DNA of 63,037 bases, filler included, from Reticulomyxa filosa (taxonomy: Eukaryota; Protista; Foraminifera), in assembly GCA_000512085.1 (NCBI GenBank). It is 19 parts of 19 records of this genome, joined end to end, with 100 filler letters (N's around TTAATTAATTAA, not from the genome) between each part and the next. Parts side by side here need not be neighbours in the genome. Positions count along the whole stretch, not along the records: positions 9,719 to 20,926 come from ASPP01037187.1; positions 21,027 to 22,752 come from ASPP01033586.1; positions 22,853 to 24,178 come from ASPP01003415.1; positions 24,279 to 28,004 come from ASPP01005762.1; 15 more parts are not named here. One strand, 5' to 3'. Made by a program: the position numbers and the translations under genes. Positions 12,601 to 26,442 of this stretch are shown piece after piece. Under the pieces are notes generated by a model that was not told the DNA's origin, did no database searches, and saw only the letters and a program-made list of their open reading frames with translations. Positions within the stretch are counted from its first letter, which is position 1. Each line of letters begins with the position of its first letter.

Positions 12601-13693
12601 CATAAAATTGGATCACTATGTTGAAAAACAAATCAACAATCAAAATTGTGTTCAGCAAAAAAAAAACTGAGTATATCCTAACTTGTGCTGGTGTTGTCCA
12701 AAAATAGTAATCCTTTTGTGCTTTGATCATCGTAGTGTCAGGACTTCTAATCATTTTTCTTAACTTTCGTAATCATACTTCGATAAAGGGGCAAAGAAAT
12801 TCCTTTTTTTTGAAAACTGGAACTTTTTCTAAGCAATGACAAAAACTAACAAGAATTTGTTACATGCTATGCTCATGAAGAATATTTAAAAAATAGCCAA
12901 AGCTAAAATTCTGCTGAAAAATTGAAGACAAAATTATACAACCGAAAAGGCGCTCAAAAAGGGGTTGGTTCCATTTTTTTTATTTTTGTATCTATAATGT
13001 CTTGCTTGATAACAATTCCAGAAGAGTCCAGGCTGGAATGTCTACCAGCTAGTGAATCTGACTTAATATTTTTGTTTTCTATTGGTATAAATTCTTGGAT
13101 ATGAATACTTTTGACCTTATTTTGTGTCAACTAAATAAGTCTTAAATTTATTTCAATTGATTTATCACTTTGTTTTCTTCTTCAGTAAAAAAATTTAACG
13201 ACAAAGAAGTGGAATACTTGATTGGCAATTTGTATATAATTGTTTGATTAAAGAAATTAGTTTTCTTGTTTGAAATTATTTTTCGAATAGGGAAAGGCAA
13301 AAATACATTATGCTCTATCTAGATTTAATGCAGTATTTTTTATGACATTGTTATGCCTGGCAATTTGTGGATGCTTGGTAAGATATCAAGTTACCACGAG
13401 TTTGTAAATCCATCCGATAAATTGCTTACTGGGATAGTGGCAAATGCAAAAGCACTTCACTTGTTAAGTTTTGGGTTGGATGCTGGCAGAAGATAAAAAA
13501 AAAAAGAAATTGAATAGCAACAGATCATAGTAAAGTTGTATTGACGAGAAAATCCATGTGCAACTTATTATATTCGTCATTTTTTTTTTTTGGAAACAAT
13601 GCAAATCTTTTCTATCAATCCAGTGTGCCTTTTTACTTTACAATTAACATTTGATATGAGGATCACAAACGACAAATCAATGACAGAGCTTAG

Positions 13694-16600
13694 TTAGGAT
13701 TGTAAACGATTTAAAGTTTGCCACAATTCACCGACGTGACCAATCAACATGGTGACATCATTTTTTGTTGCAAATAGTTTACAATCTTCTTTGTCAAATT
13801 GCATTTTCTCCATCCATTTCGAAAGGAGCTCATTCCTGAATTAGATATATCACAAACAGTTAAAAAGTTATTTTTAAAAACAAAAAACAAAATTATATGG
13901 AAATCTTAACATATTAAGGTCATTGATATTATGATCCATCAATACAATAATTTGATAGGTGATTTCAAATACATGTTGCGCTTGTTGTGGATCATCAAAA
14001 AATGATTGAATAAATTCTAATTCATTGGAATTGAAAGTACATTTTTTGAAACTTGGATAACAACGATCAAGATTATCCAAAATACTTTGAATGGTTAATT
14101 CATTTGCATATTCAAACATTGCAATACTGATATTGATTTCATGTCTTCCAACAATAGAACGATCATATATTTCATTCTCAATCGATTCAAAATCAACCCA
14201 TTCATCACGATAATTCTGTCCATATTCCAAAGTTGGACAATACCATGATCGAATGATACCATCAACTTCCTCCTTGTCAACATAAACAACATCTTGATTG
14301 GTAATATCAAATAAAGATTTTGAAATAACAATAGAAGTTGGATCATCATATTTTTGTTCTTCTTGTTTTTTTTCTTCGATATCTGAAGAAGGGAAAGAGA
14401 GAGATTTTCTTCTATAAGAGCCAATATTTTTCAATAAGTTATTGTGGATATCTTGTAACATCTCAACAATGGCAACAATGAATAATCCTGGAGTATTTTT
14501 GTATGCAGTGCAATGATTAAAACTTACTTCTTTATCATTATCGGATAGCTTGGGAATTTTGATCTCTGCTGATCCAATATTAGCACGTTCATTCACAAAC
14601 ACATTCCAACATTGTTTGAATCTTTGCCATTCTTGAATAATATGTAGATCATGACAATTGCTAATAATTGTGTTCATTGTTGTATTTTGGCATTCTCGAT
14701 ATGTCAATCTTCCAGAATATTCCATATAACAATATTTCATCCATTGTCCAATAGAAGATAAAGACTGCAGACATTCTAATTTGTCAATTATTTTCAAAGT
14801 ATTAAACAACAAAGGATATTTGTTTGCCAATTCAATATTGTCGCATAATCTGAATAACAATTCTTCGGATGACATCCTTCGGGTCATCAAAAACAAATTG
14901 CGAACAAGAAACTCTTTATCATTTTGAAAGATCATTTCTTCCTTCTTTTCGCGAATGATATGACTGATTTCATTGTCATAAACAAGTACTGATTCCAATA
15001 TTTCTGGTTTGCTGAAATATGATATATACTCTTTTTCGAACATTTTTTCAAAATTGTGAATGATAGTTGGAGTTACAACTTGACATTTCTCTGGGCCTGC
15101 TTGATTATACCATCGTCCAAATTCACACAACCAACGATGCAATGCTATAGAGAGTTGTTCCTCATTCAATCCTGTCATTTTACACAATAACACAAATTTT
15201 TCTTTGGCACGCCTCCATAAAATTTCGGTTATATTATCCGAATTTTGCAGCAATTTGACGAGAATTAGGCAACCCTTCAATTCGCTCACATCTCTTAATA
15301 GCATTGTTAAAGAGTTTAGTAATTGCAACAATCCACAAATCACTGGAGATATATCCAGTTGTGATTTAAGATCGAAATTCACATTTGGATCACACCTTTT
15401 GAAAAAAAAAGGAATAAACAATAGTCAATGGATAAACAGTGTTAAAAAACAACACATACCGATTATCAATGTCAAAATGTATGTTGGTTTGATGTGCAAG
15501 AAGTGCTGGTTCATCAATCTTGGCAGAACACCAAGGATTAGTACATTTGGTAACTCTTCGAACAGTGCCACGTTTTTTCATCAATAAAGCATGTCCATTT
15601 CGACAATAATACAATGAAAAGGTGCTGATTTTTACATCTCCATTCTTTGAAGACTCTCCAGGCAAACGTTGGTTTTCATATTGACCAGGATTGTTTAGTA
15701 ATATTGTAAAGGGATTGACTGTCATAGTTTTGTATTTGCACACAAGCAAAGTAAAGCAAAATAAATAAATACGTAAAGTAAAAAAGTGTGAACTATGAAT
15801 TGTTGCATTAAAAACTTTTAGTGATTTGAAGAGTTCCTAGCCAATGAATACAAAGTTTGGCAACAATAGGATGAGTTGTATCTTCGGCATTAGATGAATA
15901 AAACATCTTCGATCGTGTATCGGCAGGATTTCGATCAAGCAAATTGGTGATACAGGCAACACTGGATCCAGGACTGACAATATTACAACTTAAGAGTTGT
16001 GCTTGTATGTCTATTGCATTTTTTTTTCAAGTTTGTTAAATATACAGAATGAAAACAAGAACGAAATTGAATGTGACTTTATGAGGTCATGTAACTGAGT
16101 GGAGATGTGAGGGAGGTATCCGATGCAACAAATAAGGCAGCAATCAAGAAAGGAACAAAATCTTCTTTTTCTGTGATAACACAGTTTTTGATAGTATCAA
16201 TACTTGATAACTTTTTTTTAAAATTATGATATTTATTTGCGAAGGCTTTGTCGAATGGAGTCTCCAACCATGTATGCTTGTCTCTTGGTTTCAATTCTGA
16301 AAATACGCAACTCTGTGTTTCAGATGCAAAGATAGGATATTTCTTTCTTATATCGGATTGAGTGAAAAAGTTTTGTGTCCAACAAGGACCTTTCAACATA
16401 CAACATTGCTTCAAAAACCAAATATGTAAGTATTGTTCGTACATATCCAAATCATTTCCGAATTGGATTTTCCTGCTTTTGAAATACGATAGCCCATCAC
16501 TAATTTTATCCAAAGTTGATTTAAATACGTCACACGTGGAGAGCTCTCCAGTTGTTATTGCCGCATTTTCACATAAGAAATAAATGTGCTTTGTTAGTTG

Positions 16601-19600
16601 TGCTTTAAGTTTTGAAATGACTCTATTTTTCTCATATTCACTTGAGTTATGCATGTCATCCAATTCCAACGTTTTTAAATTCATAAACATTTTTTCAAAC
16701 ATACGATTTATTTCAACATTTGTTTTGCAATGTTTTTCGAGAAGCCGTTGCTGCGACGATGTAGTTACAATAATGTTTTCCAATGCCTGAAATCTCCACA
16801 CGTCTTTAGGACATTCATTGGTAATTTGTCAATTTTACATAAGATGTAACTAGTTACTTTTTCAAACATCAGTTGGAGTGTTTGCTCGCTAAAATTTCTA
16901 CTTGTTGTACAATGTACAACAAGTCTTGAATGAAATATATGACTTTTCGCATCAATGAAACAGAAAGAGAAAAACTATTAATAATCAAATCTACAATATC
17001 AATAAGTGCGTTCTCTGTTGCAAATCCTTGCTTTGCTAAGGCCAACGTATGTGTAGCAAGATTCTCGTTGAGTGAAATTGAATAACAATCAATTGTCCAA
17101 AAGTGTTTAAGTCCAAGATGTTTCATCTGAATTTGTCGATACACAGATAAAAATTCTTGATATTCCTTCTCTTTTGAACATATTTCCCGTAGGAAAATCG
17201 CAATATCTGGCAAAGCATCATATGCCAGACGAATTTTGCGAGGAAAGTCCACGTCATTTTGTTGGGATGGATTCCACAAAAAATATTTGGATAATGTCAG
17301 TGCTACATTTATCAATTGAATCCGCGGGGTATGTTTCACATCAGAGATTGTCTCGCAATTGATTGAGTTATTTGGCTATCGCAGAGACTTAACAATCGAA
17401 TATAACCTCGAATCAAGTCTTCGAAAATGAGTAAAATCATTTCAATCATTGAAATATTTATTTTTTGATTTATCTCATTAGTTATAATTTTTGAAATTGA
17501 AAATACAATGTTTGTAGCAATATTGGATATGTCGTCATTTTCGTGGACAAAAAGATACGAATGAAAGGTTCCTCTAATTATATCATTTGTATACATTGCA
17601 CATTCTTGTACTTCGCACTGGTCCAGCAAATGGAACGCTTTGCTACATAATAATCTTTCAATAATAATAGAAATTAATAATTGTTGGAGGTTGACGAGTG
17701 GTATGGCATTATCCTGGAAAATGAAATCGTGCATGCATATGTGCAGTGCGGTCAGCCTTCGAAGATTATAAACATGAAAATTCCAACTAAAGGGAAATTT
17801 TGCTTTGTACAGCACTTTTGCTCTGGAAAAATGCACGTTTCTGTCCAATGCGTTTGTATAATTAGATGTTGGGACAAGCTGTTCGTCTTTTGGACTCTCT
17901 AGGAAAATTTCAGTCAATAAAGGAAGGTTCTGATTGTCAAGCGCTGCCTATTTCATAAAAATAATAAGATGTCATTGTTGTTATTGAAATCTAAAAAAAC
18001 ATGGAGAAAAAAAAAGTAAGTCTTTTTTTGTGATTTGATTAAACTTCCAAATAACAATTTTCGCAAAGTGCCAATAAGGCCTGGGTCCATCCCTTGGTGA
18101 TCAAACTGTCAACAGTATTTTCATAGTTTTGAATAAAACTGCCATTTTTGTAAAGTTGTAGCTTTTTATACCCCAAAAGCTCACAAATTGTATAACCTTC
18201 CATCATCTTATTCACTTCTTTTTTCAGTCGTTCTATCATCACGACGTGAATGGATTTTGGCAAAACACTGAAATCGCCAAATCCATGTTTAATTTTTAAC
18301 AAGGCATTGAAAGAAGGCAATTTCAAGTAATAAAATGCTCGTTGTAAATTCTTTTTCAACATCTTTTGTTATATTCACAAATTCATAGAAATATTATATA
18401 AGACATTCACAAACAACAAAAATAACTGGCATCGACGATGGGTCATCCATCATAGTTAATTGATTACTTTGAAGTAACTCTTGCAAAGAAAGTGAAGATT
18501 GATAGGTCAGTGAATCCACAAATACCATTTCCCATTTTCTATATTTTTTCCCAATGTTTTTTTAAATTGAATATACACATAATTAATATAAAAAGAGAAA
18601 GACAGATGAACTTGGTAAAAATCACTGGAAAAGGATGTTCCAATTTATGCACACTACGCACGATGAGAACAATCAATTTCCTTCTTTTTGACTTTTGTGT
18701 ATTGCGATCTTTCTCTTCATCTTCATATTTCTTTTCGTTGTTGTTATCTTTGTAATATGAAGCATGGGCAGTTTCGAGAATCCATTTAATTTGGAAAAAT
18801 TGTGTCAAGTCTTCCGAATTTTTATGTAGATATCTTAAAATAAACATGTCAGAATTGCCAGCGAAAAATTGTTTGACATCTTGTTCAAAATGACTTACTT
18901 TCGCATAGTCTTCAACACGTTTGCAATCCCATTTGCGTTGAAAGGCATTTTGTATTTCATCAAATGTTAATATTAACAACATTTTACTATCACATAACTC
19001 TTGTGTTGCATTTACAACCTCTTTCTATATATATGTATATATATTTGTATATTCGTTTATGTTTATATTTTGTTTATATCAGTTATTTCATTTGCAACAG
19101 AGCACTCAAACAAATGTAAGGAAAGTCGGCATGATTTGATTGTTATTGAAGCGCTTGCGTATACACAAATTCACAATTTTTTCGGGATTGAGAAGAGGAG
19201 AAAAGAGTGGATGTAATAAATCGATTTCAGTTTGGTGTCAACTCTTCGTTTTTGCTATCAGTGGATGAAAGAGATTCTAGTGATAACGCGCACGAAATGG
19301 CCGAAGGAATGGTATCTTCATTAAATCCACAAAATAAACTGGATAATTCTTGATTGGAAGTGTCGTATATCTTGCACAAATATTTTTGAAATGCTTCTGC
19401 TTTTTTAGTTAGTGATGGTGACAGCGATTTACAATAGGATATCCATTGTCTTTCAAATCGATTGAAAAATGCTTTTTGCATCTTTTAACATTAAACAAAA
19501 CATACTGTTCTCTTTCAAAAATACAACCATTCACTACATTTTTTTGTTTTGTTTATTGTAACTGAATCTTCGAAATCCTTTTCTTGAATAACGACAATAC

Positions 19601-20926
19601 ATTTGAAGCTATCAGCAACATAGCATTCTCTGCTGCGACTCTCCACAGACATTCCACAAACACGTTGACCTATTAATACATTTTTTGTTTTGTTATTTAA
19701 AAAAGCAAATAAAATAAAAAATAAAATAAAATAACCTTGACGATTGATTTGGTATCTTTGATTGAGCATATCGTATAGACATTCATGAATGGACTTCAAA
19801 TTAAATAAGATCACAGTTTTCCCTGTTTCCATGCAATTGATCACTTTGTGCAAATAATCGTAATTTGTAGTGGCAATCAAATCAGCTGGGAATCGACTTT
19901 CAAATAAAAACACTACATCACTGTATGGTAGTATATTATGATCCAGTAACAATAGCCATGAGTATTGGCTGCTAGAGGCTAACAGGCAATGTCTACAACG
20001 CACATCCTCAATATTGGCTTTGATGCATTGCAAAGACCCCCAGGGATTCATTTTTTTCCAACACTTGTTCTTTTCTTAATCCCAACATCTTTTGCAAGAG
20101 ATATATCAATGAGGCTTGATACTCCTTTCCTTTATAACCACCCAAATTCCTCGCTATACCTTCGAATGATTCACGAAGACTTTGTCCTTTTTCTAAATAA
20201 TGTCGAATTAACGCATAGAAATCTCTGGTACCCAGCACGTTGGTTTCACCAAATGTGAGAGAATTTGTTGTTTTGATAGCAGATAAGTCTTTGAATACAT
20301 TTACAAGCAATTTAATATCATTTTCAGATGTACTTATTTTTGTTGGATCTGAGCCCTGTTGTTTGACTTTGTACATTCCCTTTGCAATATCTTCCAAATC
20401 CTTTGAAGAAACAGATGGAATCTTATGCATTATCACACGATTCATTTTGGCAGCATCCAATGGCCAATTGGATAATCCCACAAATGCAATTTTTGGATGT
20501 TCCAACAAGTGATGCAACACCTTCAAAGGGGAATGCTTTGAACGCTCCGCCAAACCAATTTCATCCAATAACAACACTGCCCAAATGGTTGGATCTTTCG
20601 AATAACTCAACGCTTTTTCCCATCTCTCAATTATTCTAAAGGGTTTACTGTCTTGAGTACATTGAAAGGATACAATGTGAAGTGGTTTCACTTGCAAATT
20701 GAAGTTTTCTTCATTCAATTTCGCTTGAAAATCTTCAATCTTGGACTCAGACAAATTATATCGAAGAATTTCCAAGGATAAGGTTTTCGAAGTTCCAGGG
20801 TCCCCAACTAGTACGACTTTGAAACACAAATCATTCTTTTGGGATCAAAACATTTAGATGTATGTGTGTATGTAACGTAAATAAAATGGATATTAAAACG
20901 AAACTAGGGGTGGTAGAACTGATACA
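13694..20926 (-). CDS. RNF213 (mysterin)-like large AAA+ ATPase with RZ-type zinc finger, 5' truncated, two apparent frameshifts
   Basis: Walker A LVGDPGTSKTLS, then SFQCT, Walker B LLLDEIGLAERSKHSPLKVLHHLLE, AFVGLSNWPLDAAKMNR, CMETGKTVILFNLKSIHECLYDMLNQRY, FFNRFERQ, FCGFNEDT, KFPFSW, and YYCRNGH...C..C-SAKI. Last exon ends ...GELWQTLNRLQS-stop at 13694. Frameshifts near 20051 and about 17345. Confidence 0.88.
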
Positions 20927-21299
20927 NNNNNNNNNNNNNNNNNNNNNNNNNNNNNNNNNNNNNNNNNNNNTTAATTAATTAANNNNNNNNNNNNNNNNNN
21001 NNNNNNNNNNNNNNNNNNNNNNNNNNTTTGTTCCATTTTTGTTATTTCACAATGGGATGTAATTGACTTGATTTGATAATACCACTCTGTAAATAAGTTA
21101 AACGAATGATAGAAGAAACACTTGTTGCAATTCTAATTGTTTGAAAAGTGGCATTGCATCAAGTCCTTACACGAATGTACGAAAAGAAAACATACTTGAT
21201 TTCAATACGTGTGTTTGCTGAATGCTGGAACTGTTATTTGCTCACATAGTGGAGCATGATTCAAGCAAATGAAGTACATTCATGTGCCATATACTTTTT

Positions 21300-21740
21300 G
21301 TGTGTTTATTGAATATTCCAATTGTTGATAAAATTTGAAATTTCCAAAACGAATATTTTACCTTGTATTGAAGAATAATCGATATTTATACTATAATATG
21401 AACATTTTACACAATTTGCAATATACGTATGATTGAATTTGTTTGTTCTTCAAAACATACACTGTATGATTCTTGATAATGAAATCATATCGAATGTAAT
21501 ATATTTACTTTATCAATTTTTTGTTAAAGCCTTTTCAATTATCTGTCATTATTGTTTCATTACTGAATAATAGATTTTACATTTCATTGCGTCTTAAAGT
21601 GTTTCTACTTTAGAATATGTCATTGATTATCATCTGTGCATGATACCATAATTTGGCCATCTGGAGAAAATTTCAAATTGTGGATACTATCAATTTTTTA
21701 ATCTGTTTGTGACGCTGTATCCATGTTCGAATTACAACAG
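21300..21740 (-). pseudogene. WD40-repeat gene remnant
   Basis: Minus strand gives a frameshifted IRTW..DTAS followed by IHNLKFSPDGQIMVSCTDD, interrupted by stops. Confidence 0.55.
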
Positions 21741-22536
21741 TTAATTTCCTTTCTTGAATTGGTATTTCAATATCGAATTATTTGAGTATTTGAACAACAC
21801 GATCACTTTTGCCATCGTGCATTATTGACGATACCTAATGTCCATCTGCAACTTTTAAATACTCAGCATGCCGTGCTTTGTCGTTTTCGGCACAAATCAA
21901 AATAATACAAAATATCTGCGCGTGCTTATAGTAAACAAATCAATCGACTTGAAATACGTAATAAGCAATAAATTGCTATTGCGTCCTCTAACCTCTGCAT
22001 GTGATACAAATTTGCTGGCCGTTGGTACTATCTATTACGAGCTAACATTGTAAACTTGTTTTCTTCATCTTCAATTCTCGTGATAACATCCAAAAATCCG
22101 TAATATAGTTTCTTTTTGCCATTCGCATACTGCATAGTCTTCTGGTAACTTGCATAACCATCTGTATTATGTTTTGAATGTGGTAGAGGAATCGAAAATT
22201 AACAATTCCTGTTTTAGAGTGTTGCACTGAGCTTGAGAAAAAGGAAAATATGATTTGAAATGTAGATGATGAGATCATCGTATTTGTTTTTTTCTTTTTT
22301 GCCATATACAAATTATAATTATTTGCCGAAATAATTTGAGCTTAGAGGAGCCTAAGAAAAAAAATTAAATAAGAACCCATGTCTTCACTCCAGTTTTTAC
22401 CTTTGGTAGTTGTAGCGAAATTGTGCTAAAGATTAAGATCGATAAAATTTTATGATGACGTGAGAACATTATAATATTCTTTCTTTTTTAAACTCAATTT
22501 TAAAAGTTCTAAATCAAAAAAAGGTTTAACATCATT

Positions 22537-22752
22537 ATGCTCGAACAACTTCAACAAACATTTCCCAAGATAGATAAAGATATTGTCTTAAAAGCATGGA
22601 ATGAGTATAACGGAAATGTTGAAGAGATAAATACTCTCTTAACTTGGATAACAGAAAACACGTAACAATACATTTTTTTCTCTTTTTTTAATACACAAAA
22701 ACATCGTATTGCTTCATATTTTTTAATACAGTACAAATTTACAACACCAGCA
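22537..22752 (+). CDS. CUE-like (ubiquitin-binding) domain protein, first exon(s), truncated by contig end
   Basis: MLEQLQQTFPKIDKDIVLKAWNEYNGNVEEINTLLTWITENT fits the CUE pattern LxxMFPxxDxxxIxxxLxxxxGxVExxxxxL. A GT..AG intron follows at 22662-22731. Confidence 0.55.
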
Positions 22753-24458
22753 NNNNNNNNNNNNNNNNNNNNNNNNNNNNNNNNNNNNNNNNNNNNTTAA
22801 TTAATTAANNNNNNNNNNNNNNNNNNNNNNNNNNNNNNNNNNNNNNNNNNNNATGATGCAATGCTTTTCCAGTTAAATTAAAAAATGAAACAAATTTTTT
22901 TAATTGATAAAAGAAACTGCAAGCACAAAATCTCTTGTTCAATCACAAGATATTAAAACGATTGACGTTGCAACAAATCATAGTAAAAAGATGTCGTATT
23001 CGCTGATATTAAAAAAAATTATTGTGAGAGGGGAAAATATTTTTCAGATGTAAAACAATTATATCCTTTGAACACACTGTAGGGCAAGGCACTATTGCAT
23101 TTTCATATACAAGGTTTTTGATACGATAGCCTCTGATGTTGTGCAAAAACTAGTTAGTACAAAATTTGTAAAAAATTTAAACTAAAAAGATAAAAATTAT
23201 AAATTTTAAACAAAAAAACAATTTCATAAAGTAATTTAAATCAATACATATATCTTGTAGAGTAAATAAAAAGTAAATGAAGTTCGGTCTGAACTTATAA
23301 ATGCTTTTTTTTTTGAAGAGACGTAGCAACTTAAATTTAATACGAAAGGGACTTGTCACTGAAATGGATTTTCAAAAACAAGAGTAAACTAAAAAGAAAA
23401 TAATTCACAAAACACAATATAATGAAATAAGTAATGTAAGAAAACTTTTGGTGAAAGTGAATTTTTGTTTTTCAAGTAAAAATAATATGATAACACAATT
23501 AATGCAATTGAATAATTGATTATAATATGTTAGTGACTATGTTAATTGAAAAAAATGAATTTCAATGTCAAAATAGAAAGATAGTTTTTAGTCTTAAAAA
23601 ATCAACTGAGTAATCAACAACGTATATGTTTTCGTAACGTATACGTCATGAAAATTTAAAAAACACATACGTAGCAATATAAACAATGCTTATATTTTCA
23701 AATGAACTATAATAAATATTTTATCATATTGATAAGTTGAGTCAGTTTTCAGTATTAGTCACTCAATGGAAAACATTCTGTGATGAATACTGTTTTTATG
23801 GTATACTTTCTTTAAAAAAAGAAATGTGTTGACTTTTTCGTTCTTTTGTCGTATTAAAAAATATGCACTTAATGAGCATCATATCAGTTCTGTGCGATTA
23901 TTTCCTTCTATTGATGCATACAGTAATTGAGTTATAATTTGTTGTATTCTCAAATGCTTTCTCTTAATTTTATTTCGAATAATCCCGCAATAAAGTAATC
24001 ATTTCAACTTAATAATATAACCAAGCTAGAATTGCTTACAAATTGTATCATAGTTGCGCAGGACCAAGTTAAGCAAAAACAAAACAAAAGCGAGTGTTGA
24101 AAACGCAAGCTTTAACGAAGACTAGGATGTGTTAACCTAATCTCGAACATATTAACACAAAACAAAAAGATTGGTACANNNNNNNNNNNNNNNNNNNNNN
24201 NNNNNNNNNNNNNNNNNNNNNNTTAATTAATTAANNNNNNNNNNNNNNNNNNNNNNNNNNNNNNNNNNNNNNNNNNNNTTTTATTTATTAATTAATCAAT
24301 TAACTTAATTAATGTATTTTTGTTGTTGTTTTTTTTTCCCCCCCCCCCTACTCTTTTTTTTTTTTGCAAAATGGCTCCAAATTTTTTAAGACAAACATAA
24401 GAGTGTAGGTGGATATGCGTATATATGTATATGCATATATGATAACAATGTGTAATAG

Positions 24459-25431
24459 AATCATCGCACGTATGTGCCATCACGAACAGACGTTCAACTG
24501 AATGGAGAAGACCCAAGCGACGTGTCCGACTGTAGTCCCATCCAAAAGTACAAAAACGTCAAAGTAATCCCTTGTGGTCTTATAGCCAACTCTTTCTTCA
24601 ATGGTTCGATACATGTATTTTTTTTTATTTTTTTTTATTTTAATTTGATTTGATTTGATTTGATTTGTTTATCGTTTTTTTTTTTTTTTTTTTTTTTGAA
24701 CGTGGTGTTGTGACTGTTTGATGTGTCAAGACAAAATCAATATAACGTATGTGGACAACAAAACGGAGGAACACACTGCACTGTGCCCGTCCACGGAGCC
24801 CACCTGCACCGGCGACGAACAAACGTCCAATTGGAGTGACGCCACTTGGTACTGCGACGGCACTTGGGAAAAGAGTCAGGTGGCGTGGTCGAGCGACAAA
24901 GACAGCCGCTTTCGGCCCACACAATTGAAAGATGGACTCACCAACCGCGCCGAACTGCAAACGTGGCAAGGCGTCACTTTGCCCGACACCGACGATGTCG
25001 ATCTGATGGTGTGGATGCGGACCGCCCCTAGCTCCACTTTCACCAAGTTGTATCGCATCAATCGCGATGTCAGCTTCAAAAAGGGTGATCGTCTTCTGGT
25101 TTGTTTCGTCATCATTCTAGATTGATATTGACATTATTATATACATATATATATATTTGACATTTATATATATGTATATGTGTACATATATATAAATGTC
25201 AATGTCAACGATCTTTGCTTTTTTTTTTTTTGTTTGAACTCATTCGCAAAGGTGAAAATAAGGAATTATTTTGATGTATCCGATTTCCACGGCTCCAAAG
25301 CTCTTGTCATATCTACTGCTGGCTATTTGGGTGGTAAAAGCGATTCCTTGGGATTGATATTTTTCGTCATGGCTGGCCTCTCCGCAGCTGCCTTTGGGCT
25401 TGTTCACGTTTTTATCCCAGATCTTAGGTGA
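24459..25431 (+). CDS. CDC50: CDC50/LEM3 (ALIS) flippase beta-subunit, 3' exons
   Basis: NHRTYVPSRTDVQLNG, PCGLIANSFFN, DLMVWMRTAPSSTFTKLYR, FDVSDFHGSKALVISTAGYLGGKS, then a C-terminal TM helix. Exons approx. 24459-24603, 24731-25098 and 25252-25431. Confidence 0.92.
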
Positions 25432-26442
25432 ACCTTGTTTCAATCTAGATTCTGTTTTTTTTTTTTTCTCCCTCTCCTTTTTTTCAAACATTTCTAACTT
25501 TATGTTTGTGTCGGTTGTTGTGTGATGCTTTGTTTTTGTAATTTGGTTTGACGTGGAACAAAAGATATCCTGAAGACGACAAAAATATTAGTTAAAATGC
25601 AATAATCCATTTTTGAGAGTTACGTTAAGATGGGTCGGCATGTGTTGAGTGTACTGTCGCAATTGAAACTTGACGGGATGACTTTCAAAAAAAAAAAATT
25701 TAATTTTTTCACCAATTACATTTTTCTCAAACTGCACAAAAATATCGTCAAAACAAAGCAGTTGACTTTATAATACATCTTGACAATCTTAAAAAAAGAA
25801 AAATTGATTTATTTGTAAAAAATTTTCTTTTCATGCTTTTTGCAAAGAAAAGTTTTGTTTTTATTGCGTGAAAAACATAAATTAAGCATCGATGCTACTG
25901 TAGGAAAATAAACACTACCATGTACAGCAGCGAAAATCTTGCTACATCACAAAGTAAGAAGAACACAAAAAAGAGTTTAGAAATTGCAAAGATTTTAGAA
26001 AAAATATGATTTTTATTTCGGTACTCAAACTGTTTAACTTTAATGATGCAAAGGGATTTTATCGCAGACACCAAATATAATTAACTTTTGAAGAACATTG
26101 AGTTTAATTATGAATTCCTTTCCAAACAAAAAAAATAATGTTGTAAACTTAAGTTTTTACCTAATAAAAAACTCTGGAGAGCTGAAGGATAAAAAATGCT
26201 CCACTTAAAAACAAAACCAAATACATCAAAACAAAACCCTCATTGTCAAATATAAGTAATGACATTTCATGAAACTTGGTTTTAGTTTTTTTCTTTTTTT
26301 TCAATTGAAAAAAGGGGTTAGTAAAATAAAAAGGTCACGCAAACCAAAGAAAAATAAATTAATAGTTTGCAAAGAGGGAAGGGGGGGAGGAGAAAAAATT
26401 TTAATTTTCTTGTAAACGGTAAAAAAAAAGTAAAATTTTCAA

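Noticed and set aside
20051-20057. Programmed ribosomal frameshifting at A-runs (also 35969, 37381, 40150, about 41570, about 57925)
   Set aside because: Each is fixed by one base more or less in a homopolymer, in both directions. This is the typical pyrosequencing-type error, and I saw no consistent slippery site plus downstream structure.
22853-24178. Hidden RNA genes in gene-free AT-rich stretches (also 28300-30800 and 60082-63037)
   Set aside because: No tRNA, rRNA or snRNA motifs or GC-rich stems were recognisable by eye. An Infernal/tRNAscan run would be needed to exclude them.
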